The position numbers and the translations under genes are program-made. Below, piece after piece: positions 31,561-43,860 of a stretch of DNA of 64,000 nt. The stretch lies in NCBI GenBank assembly GCA_009914755.4, contig CP068257.2:8448001-8512000 (forward strand). Direction: 5' to 3'. The notes beneath the pieces were generated by a model. That model was not told where the DNA came from, made no database searches, and saw only the letters and a program-made list of their open reading frames with translations. Position 1 is the first letter of the stretch. Every line of letters starts with the position of its first letter. This DNA is from the human T2T-CHM13v2.0 reference genome, Homo sapiens.

Positions 31561-34500
31561 TCCACTCCACTGAATTCCATTCTTTCGCATTCCATTTCAC
31601 TCCATTCCACTCCACTCCACTCCACTGCACTCCACCCCACTCCATTCCATTCCATTCCATTCCGTTCCATCCCACTCCATTCCATTCCATTCATTTCTTT
31701 CGACAGGATCTCCGTCTGTAACCCAGGCTGCAAGGCAGTGGCAAAATCTCAGCTCACGTTTCATTTCACCATTCCATTCCATTACATTACATGCCATTCC
31801 TTTCCATTCAATCCGTTCAACTCCACTCCACTTCACTGCACTCCATTCCATTCCATCATATTCCAGTTCTCTCCATTCCACTCCACTCCAATCAAGTCCA
31901 CTCGACTCCACTTCACTCCATTCCATTCCATCCCATTGCATTCAACTCCACTCCACTCCACTCCTTTCTTTTCACAGTATCTCACCCTGTCAACCAGTCT
32001 GGAGTGAAGTGGCACAATCTCAGCTCACATTTCATTTCACCATTCCATTCTACTCCATTCCACTCAATTCCATTCCATTGCATTCCATTCAATTCCATTC
32101 CACTCCATTCCATTCCACTACACTGCACTTCACTCCACTAAACTCCATTCCAATGCATCCCACTCCATTCCACTACACTCTACTCCACTCCCTTCCATTA
32201 CATCCCATTGCATTCAACTCCATTGCACTCCACTCCACTCCACTCCACTCCACTCCCTTCCATTCCATTCCATCCCACACCACTACATTCCATTCCATTC
32301 CATTCTTTCGACAGGATCTCACTCTGTCGCCCAGGCTGGAGTGCAGTGGAGCAATCTCAGCTAACATTTCACTTCACCATTCCATTGCATTCCATTCCAT
32401 TCCATTCCATTCCATTCCATTCCATTCCATTCCATAACATTCCACTGCACTCCACTCAACTCCACTCCACTTCATTCCATACAACTCCATTCCATTTCAT
32501 TCCATTTAATCCACTCCATCCCCCTCCAGTCCACTCCACTCCATCCCAAACCATCCCATTCCATTCCACTCCATTCCACTCCAATCCACTCCACTCCAGT
32601 CTAGTCCACTACATTCCAATCGACCTTAATCCATCCCATCATATTCCACTCCTTTCCCCTCCACTCCACTCCACTCCACTTCTCTCCACTCCACTCCACT
32701 CCATTCTATTCCATTCCATTCCACTCCATTCCGTTCCATTCATTTCTTTTGACAGGATCTCACTGTGTAACCCAGGCTGGAGTGCAGCGCCACTATCTCA
32801 GCTCACATTTCATTTCACCATTCCATTTCATTCCATTCCATTCCATTCCATTCCATTCCATTCCATTCCATTCCACTACACTACACTCCATTCCATTCCA
32901 TTCCATTCCATTCCACTCCATTCCAGTCCACTCAACTCCACACCACTCCACTCCACTCCATTCCATTGAATCCCATTCTATTCCACTCCATTGCACTCCA
33001 CTCCAATCCACTCTACTCCACTCCATTCCGTTCTATTCCATTCCATCCCATTCCATTCCACAGCATTCCACTCCCCTCCAATAAACTCTACTCCAATCCA
33101 CTCCATTCCATTCCATTAAACTCCATTCCATTCCATACCTTTCTTTCGACAGGATCTCACTCTGTCACACAGGCTGGAGTGCAGTGGCACAATCTCAGCT
33201 CCCATTTCATTTCACCATTCCATTCCATTCTATTCCATTTCATTCCATTCCACTGCACTCCACTCCATTTCTTTCATTCCACTCCACTTCATTCCATCCC
33301 ATTCCATTCCACTCCATTCCACTCCTCTCCACTCCATTCTATTAGACTACATCCCATTGCATTCCACCCCATTACACTCCACTGCACTCCACTCCACTCC
33401 AATACACTCCACTCCACTCCGTTCCATTCCATTCCATTCCATTCCATTGCATTCCATACCTTTCTTTTGACATTATCTCACTCTGTCACCCAGGCTGCAG
33501 TGCAATGGCACAATCTCAGCTCACTTTTCATTTCACCATTCCATTCCATTGCATTCCATTTCATTCAATTCCATAGCGTTCCATTCCATTCCATTCCATT
33601 CCATTCCATTCCATTCCTTTCAATTCCATTCCATTCCATTGCACTCCACTCCACTCCACTCCACTCCATTTAACTCCACTCCATTCTATTCCACTCCATT
33701 GCTTTCCATTCCATTCCACTCCATTCCATTCCACCCCACTCCACTCCACTCCATTCCATCCCATTCCATTTCACTCCATTCCACTCCACTCCTCTCCATT
33801 CCACTCCATTCCATTCAACTCCATCCCATTGCATTCCCCTCCGTTCCCCTCCACTCCGCTTCAGTCCACTCGAGTCCACTCCACTTCACTACATTCCACT
33901 CCACGCCATTCCATTCCATTGCACTCAGTTATGTTTCATTCCTTTCTTTTGAGAGGATCTCACTCTGTCTCCCAGGCTGGAGTGCAGTGGCACAATCTCA
34001 GCTCACATTTCATTACACCATTCCATTCCACTGCGTTCCATTCCATTCCGTTCCATTCCATTCCATTCCACTCCACTCCAACGCATCCATTCCACTCCAT
34101 TCCATTCCATTTCACTCCACTCCACAGCACTCCACTAAATTCCATCTGGTTCCTTTAGACTCTATTCCACTCAACTCCACTCCACTTCACTCCACTCCAT
34201 TCCATTCCATTCCATTATACTCCAATCAATTCTATTCCTTTCTTTTGACAGAATCTCACTCTGTCACCCAGGGTGGAGTGCAGTGAAACTATTTCAGTTC
34301 ACATTTCATTTCACCATTCCATTCCATTCCATTAAATTCCATTCCATTCCATTCTATTCCACTCCACTCCACTCCACTCCACTCCACTCCATTCCATCCC
34401 ATTCCATTCCACTCCATTCCACTCCTCTACAATCCATTCCACTCCACTCCATTCCCTTCCACTCCACTCCTCTCCACTCTAATCCACTCCATTCCATTCC

Positions 34501-37500
34501 ATTCCTCTCCATTCTCTTCCATTCCTTTCTTTGGACAGGATCTCACTCTTTCCCCCAGGTTGGAGTGCAGTGGCACAATCTCAGCTCACATTACGTTTCA
34601 CCATTCCATTCCATTCCATTCCATTTCATTCCATTCCATTCCACTCCACTATATCCATTCCACTCCATTACATTACATTCCACTCCACTCCAGTCCACTC
34701 CATTCAACTCCACGCCACTCCACTCCATGTCATTCCATACCATTACATTCCACTCCATTCCATTCCACTCCACTCCACTCCATTCCATTCCATTCCTTTA
34801 TTTTAACAGATTCTCACTCTGTCACCAAGGCTGGAGTGTAGTAACACTATTTCAGTTCACATTTCATTTCACCATTCCAATCCATTCCATTCCATTCCAT
34901 TCCATTCCATTCCATTCCATTCCATTCCATTCCTTTCCTTTCCATTCCGTTCAATTCCATTCCATTCCATTCCATTCCATTCCATTCCTATCCACTCCAC
35001 TCCACTCCATTCCATCCCATACCATTATATTCCACTCCGTCCCACTCCACTTCACTCCATTCCAGTCCATTCTACTCCATTCCATTCCATTCCTTTCTTT
35101 TAACAGAATCTCACTCTGTCACCAAGGCTGGAGTGCAGTAACACTATTTCAGTTCACATTTCATTTCACCATTCTAATCCATTCCATTCCATTCCATTCC
35201 TTTCCTTTCCATTCCGTTCAATTCCATTCCATTCCATTCCACTCCACTCCACTCCACTCCACTCCATTCCATCCCATTCCATTCAACTCACTTCCACTCC
35301 TTTCCATTCTACACCACTCCACTCCATTCCATTCAACTCCCTTCCACTCCAGTCCACTCCACACCACTCCACTCCATTCCATTCCATCCTATTCCATTCC
35401 ACTCCATTGCACTCCACTTCACTCCACTACCCTCCACTCCATTCAATTCCACTCTAAACCATTCCATTCCACTCCACTCCACTCCACTCCACTCCAGTCC
35501 ACTACTCTCCACTCCATTCCATTCCATTCCACTCCATTCCATGCCATTCCATTCGTTTTCTTCGAACGGGTCTCACTCTATCACTGAGGCTGAAGTGCAG
35601 TGGCACAATCTCAGCTCACATTTCATTTCACCATTCCATTGCATTCCATTCCATTCCATTTAATTACAATCCTTACCACTCAACCCCACTCCATTCCACG
35701 CCATTCCATTCCATTACATTACATTTCAGTAAATTCCATTCCAGTCCACTCCACTCTGCTACATTCCATTCAATTCCATCCCATCCCATTCCACTCCATT
35801 CCATTCCTCTCCACTCTACTCCACTCCACTCATCTCCATTCCATTCCACTCCATTCCATTCCATTCCTTTCTTTCGACAACATCTCACTCTGTCACCCAG
35901 GCTGGACTGCAGTCGCACAATCACAGCTCACATTTAATTTCACCATTCCATTCCATTCCATTCCATTCCATTGCACTCCACTGCACTCCACTCCATTCCA
36001 CTACACTCCATTCCACATCACTCCACTCCACTCCAATGCATTACATTCCCTTTCATCCCCTTCCATTCCACTCCATTCCACTCCACTCCACTCCACTCCA
36101 TTCAATTCTATTCCTTTCCATTCCACTCCATTCCATTCCATCACTTTCTTTTGACAGGGTCTCACTCTGTCACACAGGCTGGAGTACAGTGACACAATCT
36201 GAGCTCACATTTCATTTCACCTTTCCATTCCATTCCACTCCAGTCCACTCAACTCCACTCCACTCCATTCCCTTCCATTCCAATGCACTCCAATCCTCTC
36301 CTATACACTCCATTCCATCCAAATCCATTCCACTCCATTTCACTCCACTCCACTCCACTCCGATACTTTCCATTACAACACAGTACATTCCACTCCATTC
36401 CACTCCACTCAACTCCACTGTATTGCATTCCATTCAATTCCAATACACTCCATTACACTACTTTCCTATCCTTCTACAGGATCTCACTCTGTCACCCAGG
36501 CTGGAGTGAAGTGGCACAATCTCAGCTCACATTTCATTTCACCAGTACTTCCCATTCCATTCCGTTTCGTTCCATTCTGATCTACTCCGTTCCACTGCAC
36601 TACATTCCACTCCCTTCCACTAAACTCCACTCAACTCCAGTCCACTCCACATCACTACACTCCATCCCATTCCATGCCACTCCTTTCCATTCCACTGCAC
36701 TCCACTCCATTCCATTCCATTACATTGCATCCCATTAGATTCCATTCCATGCCACACCATTCCACTCCACTCCACTCCATTCCATTCCATCCCATTTCAT
36801 TCCATTCCATTCCATTCCATTCCATTCCATTCCATTCCATTCCATCTGTTTCCATTCCATTCCATTCCATCCGTTTCCATTCCATTCCATTCCATTCCAT
36901 TCCATTCCATCCCATCCCATGCCATCCCATTCCATTCCATTCCATTCCTTTCTATTCCATTCCATTCCACTCCATCTCTTTCCATTCCCTTCCACACCAT
37001 TCCATTCCCTTCTTTCGACAGGATCTCACTCTGTGATACAGGCTGGAGTGCAGTAGCACAATCTCATCTCACGTTTCATTTCACCATTCCATTCCACTCC
37101 ATTCCACTCCACTTCACTCCACTCCACTCTAATCCACACCATTCCACTCTATTCCATTCCACTCCATTCGATTCCATTCCTTTCTTTGAGATGATCTCAC
37201 TCTGTTACCCAGGCTGGAGAGCAGTGGCACAATTTCAGCTCACATTTCATTTCATGAGTCCATTCCATTCTATTCCATTCCATTCTACTCCACCCCACTC
37301 CACTCCATTCCATTCTATTCCACTCCATTCCATTCCATTCCATTCCATTCCACACCATTCAATTCCATTCTACTCCATTCCATTCCATTCCTTTATTTCC
37401 ACTGGGTTTCACTCTGTCACCCAGAGAGGAGTACAGTGGAACAATCTTAGCTCAAATTTCATTTCACCATTCCATTCCATTCCATTCCATTCCATTCCAC

Positions 37501-40500
37501 TCCACTCCACTCCAATCCTCTCAACTCCACTCCACTCAACTCAACTCCATTCTGTTCCATTCCATTCCAGTCCGTTCCATTGCATTGCATTCCGTTCCAT
37601 TCCATTCCTTTCCACTCCACTGCATACCATTCCACTCCATTCCACTCCAGTCCACTCCAGTCCACTCCACTCCACTTCACTCCATTCCACTCTACACCAC
37701 TAAACTCCATCCACTCCATTCCCCTCCTTTCGATTCCATTCCATTCCATCCCATTCCATTCCACTTCACTCTGATCCACTCCACTAAACTCCACTCCACT
37801 CCACTCCATCCCATTCCGTTCCATTCCGTTCTGTTCTGTTCCATTGCACTCCATTACATTCAACTCCACTCCTCTCCACTCCACTCCATTACACTCCATT
37901 CACTCCTTTCCACTCCACTCAACTCCATTCCATTCCACTCCACTCCACTCCATTTCACTCCATTCCACTCCATTCCATTCCACTCCATTACACTCCATTA
38001 CACTCCACTCCTTTCCATGCCACCCCATTCCACTCCACTCCATTCCACTCCATTCAATTCCACTCCACTACAATCCATTCTATTCTACGCCATTCCATTC
38101 TGTTCCTCTGTTTCGACAGGATCTCACTGTGTCACCCAGACTGGAGTACAGTGGCACAATTGTAACTCACATTTCATTTCACCATTCCATTCTTTTCATT
38201 CCACTCCACTCCAGTCCACTCCACTCCACTCCACTCCATTTCACTCCATTCCACTTCATTCCATTCCACTCCATTCTGCTCCATTACAGTCCACTCCATT
38301 CCGCTCCACTCCATTCCACTCCACTCCATTCCATTCCATTCTACTCCATTCCATTCCATTCTTTTATTTTGACTGGATCTCACTGTGTCACCCAGAATGG
38401 AGTGCAGTGCACAATCGTAGCTCACATTTCATTTCACCTTTCCATTGCATTCCATTCCATTCCATTCCTTTTCATTCCACTTCACTCCATTCCAGTCCAC
38501 TGCACTCCACTCCAATCCATTCCACTACACTCCTTTCCATTCCTTTCCATTCCATTCCACTCCACTCCATTCCACTCCACTGCACTCCACTCCAATCCAT
38601 TCCACTACATTCCTTTCCATTCCATTCCTTTCCAATCCATGGCAATCAGTTCCACTTCACTCAAAACCACCACACCCCACTCCACTCCGTTCTGTTGCAT
38701 TCCATTCCATTCCGTTCCATTCCATTCCATTCTATGCCATTTCATTCCATTCCACTCCACTCAATTACATTCCGCCCCATTCCACTGCACTCCGCTCCAT
38801 TCAAGTTCCATTCCACTGCACTCCGGTCCACTCCACTCAGTTCCACTGCATTCCATTCCACTGCAGTCATTTCCATTCCGTTCCAATCCTTTCCATTCCA
38901 TTCTATTCAACTCCATTCCGTTCCACTCCACTCCTTTGTACTCCACTCCATTTCAATCGATTCCACTCCATTCCACTCCACTCCACTCCACTCCATTGCA
39001 TTCCATTCCCTTCAACTCCATTCCATTCTACTCCATTCCACTGCATTCCACTCCATTTCCCTCCATTCCATTCCACTCCACTCCATTCCAATCAACTCCA
39101 ATCCTTTCCTCAACATTCCATTCTACTTCACTCCATTGCATTCCATTCCACTCCATTCCATTGCATTCCTGTATTTCGACTGGATCTCACTCTGTCACCC
39201 AGACTCGAACACTGTGGCACAATCTTAGCACACATTTCATTTCACCATTCCTTTCCATTCCATTCAATTGCATTCCATTGCACTGAAATCCGATCCAATC
39301 CACTCAACTCCACTCAACTCCACTCCGTTCCGTTCCATTCCACTCCTTTCCATTCCATTGCATTCTGTTCCATTTCATTCCATTCCATTCCACTGCATTC
39401 CATTCCACTCCATTCCACTCAACTCCGCTCCACGCTACTCTAATCCACTCTATTCCACTGCACTCCAGTAAACTCCACTCCACTCCAGTCCTCTCGATTA
39501 CTTTAAATTCCATTCCACTCCATTACACTGCAGTCTGATCCACTCCACGCAACTCTACTCCTCTCCACTCTGTTCCATTCCGTTCTGTTGCATTCTGCTC
39601 TGTTCCGTTGCATTCCACTCCATTCCATTACACTCCAATCCACTGCATTCCACTCCACTGCACTCCAATCCACCCCACCCCACTCCATTCCACTCCTCTC
39701 CATTCCACTCCACTCCACTCCATTCCACTACACTCCTTTCCATTCCATTCCATTCCATTCCTTTCCATTCCACAGCAATCTGATCCACTCCACTCAACTC
39801 CATTCCACTCCACTCCATTCCATTCCATTCCATTCCATACCATTCTGTTCCATTCATTCCATTCTGTTCCTTTCCATTGCATTCCAATCCACTCCATTCC
39901 ATTCCACTCTATTCCAGTCCACTCCACACCACTCCACTCCATTCCACTCCTATCCACTCCACCCCACTCCACTCCACTCCCTTCAATTTCATTCCATTCC
40001 ATTCCATTCCATTCCATTCCATTCCATTCCACAGCACTCTGATCCACTCCACTCAGTTCCACTCCATTTCACTCCACTCCATTCCGTTCCATTCCATTCT
40101 GTTCTGGTACGTTCCATTCCGTTCCATTAAACTCCATTCCATTCCATTCCACTCCACTCCATTTCACTCCACTCTACTCCATTCCACTTCCCTCCACTAC
40201 AATCCACTCCAATACACTCCACTCCATTCCACTCCATTCCACTCCATTCATTCCATTCCAATTCATTCCACTCCATTCCACTCCAGTCCACTCCATTCCA
40301 TTCCACTCCAGTCCATTCCACTCCACCGCATTCCACTCACTCCCCTCCACTCCATTCCACTCCACTCCATTCCACTCTATTTCTTCCACTCCACTCCATT
40401 CCATTTCATTCCATTCCACTCCATTCCACTCCACTCCAATCCACTCCCCTCCATTCCACTCCACTCCATTCTATTCCACTCCATTCCATTCCACTCCACT

Positions 40501-43500
40501 CCATTCCATTATATTCTACTGCATTTCAATCCATTCTTTTATTTCGACTATATCTCACTCTGTCTCCCAGACTAGAGTGCAGTGGCATAATCTTAGCTCA
40601 CACTTCATTGCACGATTCCATTCCATTTCATTCAATTGCATTTCATTCCATTCTATTCCACTGCCATCCTATCCACTCCACTCAACTCCACTCCACTCCA
40701 CTCCATTCCGTTCCATCCCATTCCATAGCATTCTGATCCTTTTTATTCCATTCCACTCCACTCCATTCTATTCCACTCCATTCCACTCCATTCCACTCCA
40801 CTCCACTCCACTAAACTGTAATCCATTCAATTTCATTCCACTCCACTCCACTAAACTCCATTCCACTCCACTAAATTTCATTAAATTATTTTCCATTCCA
40901 TTCCAAAGCATTCCCATCCATTCCACTCAATGCTACTCCACTCCACTCCTTTCCATTCCTTTCCACTCTGTGCAGTTCAGTTCCATTCCATTCCACTCCA
41001 CACCACTCCACTCCTTTCCACTCCACTGCACTCCACTCCACTCCATTCCACTCCAATACACTGCACTCCACTCCATTCCACTACACTCCTTTCCATTCCA
41101 TTCCATTCCATTCCATTCCATTCCATTCCTTTCCTTTCCTTTCCTTTCCTTTCCACGGCAATCTGATCCACTCCAGTCAACTCCACTCCACTCCACTCCT
41201 TTCCATTCCATTCCATTCCATTCCATTCCATTCCATTCCATTCCATTCCATTCTATTCCATTCCATCCCATTCCATTCCATTCCACTCCACTGCATTTCA
41301 TTCCACTCCATTCAACTACACTCCACTCCACTCGAATCCACTGCAATACATTCCATTCCATTCCATTCCATTTCATTCCACTGCACTCCAATCCACTCCT
41401 CTCAACTCCACTCCGCTCCATTCGATTCCATTCCATTCCGGTCAGTTCCATTCTGTTCCACTCCACTCCATTTCATTCCACTCCACTCCACTCCACTTCA
41501 CTCCATTAGACTCCACTCCATTCCGTTCCATTCCATTCCATTCCATTCCTTTCTGTTCCTTTCCATTCCATTCCACTCCACTACATTCCATTCCACTCCA
41601 TTCCACTCTACTGCACTCAACTCCACTCCAATCCACCCCACGCCACTCCCCTAAATTCCATTCTATTTCATTCCATTGCATTCAATTTCATTCCACTGCA
41701 TTCCGATCCGCTCCACCCTACTCCACTCCACTCCATTCCAGTCCAATCTATTCCATTCCGTTCTGTTCCATTTCATTCCCTTCCATTCCGTTCCATTTCT
41801 TTCCATTCCATTCCATTCCTTTCCACTCCACTCCATTCCTTTCCACTCCATTCCACTCCACTCCACTCCAGTCCACACCACTCCACTCCATTCTATTCCA
41901 CTCCATTCCATTACAATACACTGCACTTCATTGTTTTCCGTTCTGTTCCACTCCATCCCACTGCCCTCCATTCCATTCCACTACATTCCACCACACTCCA
42001 CTACACTCCACTACACTCCACTACATTTTATTGCAGTCCATTCCATTATATTCCACTCCATTCCATTCCATTCCACTCCAATTCATGCCATTCCATTCCA
42101 CTCCATTCCACTCCAATCCATGCCATTCCATTCCACTCAATTTCACTCCTTTCAATTATGTTCAATTCTGCTCCACTCATTCCACTACACTACACTCCCC
42201 TCCATTCCACTCCACGCCACTCCACTCCATTCCACTCCATTCCATTCCACTCCACTCCATTCCATTCCATTCTACTCCATTCCATTCCATTCCTTTATTT
42301 CGACTGGATCTAACTCTGTCACCGAGACTGGAGTGCAGTGGCACAATCTTAGCTCACATTTTATTTCATAGTTGCATTCCATTCCATTTCATTCCATTCC
42401 CTTCCATTCCATTCCCCTGCACTCCAATCCACTCCACTAAACTCCACTCCACTCCGTTCTGTTCCGTTCCATTCTATTCCATTCCATTCCATTCCATTCC
42501 ACTCCACTCCATTCCATTCCACTCCACTCCACTCCATTCCATTCAATTCCCTTCCACTGCACTCCGATCCCCCCCACTCAACTCCATTCCGATCCACTCT
42601 GTCCCCTTCCATTCTATTCTCTTCTGTTCTGTTCCATTCCATTTCACTCCATTCCATTCCACTCCATTCCATTCCACTCCACTCCATTTCACTATATTCC
42701 ACTCCACTCCACTCCTCTACATTTCATTGCACTACATTCCATTATATTCCCCTCCATTCCATTCCTTTCCATTCAGCTCCAATGCATTCCATTCCATTAT
42801 ATTCCCCTCCATTCCATTCCTTTCCATTCAGCTCCAATGCATTCCATTCCATTCCATTCCACTCCATTCCATTCCATTCCATTCCACTCAATTCCACTCC
42901 ATTCCATTCCACTCCATTCTGCTCCACTCATTCCGCGATACTACACTCCCCTACATTCCACTCCACTCCAATCCACTCCACTCCATTCCACTCCACTCCA
43001 TTGCATTCCATTCCTTTATTTCAACTGGATCTACCTCTTTCACCCAGACTGGGGTGCAGTGGCACAATCTTAGCTCACATTTCATTTCTTCGTTGCATTC
43101 CATCCCGTTTCATTCCATTCCATTACATTCCATTCGTTTCCATTCCCCTGCACTCCAAACCACTCCACTCAACTCCACTCCACTACACTCCGTTCTGTTC
43201 CATTCCATTCCGTTCCATTCCATTCCATTCCATTCAGTTCCACTCCACTCCATTCCATTCAACTCCACTCCACTCCACTCCATTCTGTTCCATTCCATTC
43301 CCCTCCACTCCGATCCCCTCCACTCAACTCCATTCCACTTCACTCTGCTCCGTTCAATTCCATTCCATTCTCTTCCATTCCGTTCCATTCCATTCCATTC
43401 CATTCCATACCATTCCACTCCACTCCATTTCATTCCATTCTATTCCACTTCTTTCCACTCCACTCCACTCCACTCTATTCCATTCCAGTCCATGCCATTG

Positions 43501-43860
43501 AATTCCACTGCACTCCAATCAACTCCACTCAACTCCACTCCACTAGATTCCTTTAAGTTCCATTCCATTCCTTTCCACTCCATTCCGTTCCATTCAACTC
43601 CATTCCATTCCATTCCACTGCATTCCACTACACTCTATTTCACTCCATTTCACTCCACTCCACTCCAATCCATTCCAATCCATTCCATTCCTTTCCATTC
43701 CTCTGCACTCTGATACACTCCACTCAACTCCATTCTACTCCCCTGTACTCCATTCTGTTCCACTCCTTTCCATTCCATTCCGTTCCATTCCATTCCATTC
43801 CACTCCATTGCATTCCACTCCTTACCACTCTAATCCACTCCACTCTTCTCCACTCCACTA
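31561..43860 (+). repeat. (CATTC)n / (GAATG)n pentameric satellite, human satellite III (HSat3)-type, with frequent CACTC variants and embedded Alu-derived fragments.
   Basis: Starts ...CTCAAAGTGCTCCAA|TCCACTCCACTGAATTCCATTCTTTCGCATTCCATTTCACTCCATTCCACTCC... Runs such as CATTCCATTCCATTCCATTCCATTCCATTCC (e.g. 32385-32435, 34880-34930, 36780-36900) alternate with CACTCCACTCC blocks. The HSat2-type CGATTCC and GATGAT motifs are rare. I did not see the HSat3-associated 10-mer CAACCCGAGT, so the subfamily is uncertain. Confidence 0.9.
31694..31770 (-). mobile_element. Example of the ~75-bp antisense Alu 3'-end fragment embedded in the satellite. This is 1 of at least 24 copies.
   Basis: TTCATTTCTTTCGACAGGATCTCCGTCTGTAACCCAGGCTGCAAGGCAGTGGCAAAATCTCAGCTCACGTTTCATTTCACC is the reverse complement of the Alu right-arm 3' end (...GAGCTGAGATTGTGCCACTGCACTCCAGCCTGGGTGACAGAGTGAGATCCTGTC plus an A-tail remnant). 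Other copies lie near 31960, 32300, 32745, 33141, 33465, 33945, 34240, 34525, 34800, 35094, 35560, 35875, 36150, 36475, 37015, 37185, 37395, 38110, 38365, 39175, 40545, 42295 and 43015. Confidence 0.8.

Noticed and set aside
39771-41190. The CCACAGCAATCTGATCC motif as an alpha-satellite remnant (it loosely resembles AGAAGCATTCTGAGAAAC).
   Set aside because: The similarity is limited to ~8 nt (GCA(A/T)TCTGA), which is too short to support homology. I kept it only as an unexplained recurring landmark in the findings.
31561-43860. Very long ORFs in the supplied track (e.g. 37585..39228 547 aa, 42031..43713 560 aa, 34283..35587 434 aa, and many overlapping antisense ORFs), rich in HSIPF / MEWNGV repeats.
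   Set aside because: (CATTC)n and its complement GAATG contain no stop codon in any of the six frames (CAT TCC ATT CCA TTC / GAA TGG AAT GGA ATG). Any such array yields arbitrarily long, mutually overlapping ORFs on both strands. The 'proteins' are pure low-complexity pentamer translations with no start context, so they are not genes.
31561-43860. Mirror-image (palindromic) symmetry of the alphoid flanks around the HSat block. The left flank is (-) and the right flank is (+), which might suggest an inverted duplication centred on the HSat array.
   Set aside because: The two alpha/HSat junctions fall at different positions within the monomer, and the flanking sequences are not reverse complements of each other. 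The flanks are divergently oriented but not a true palindrome.
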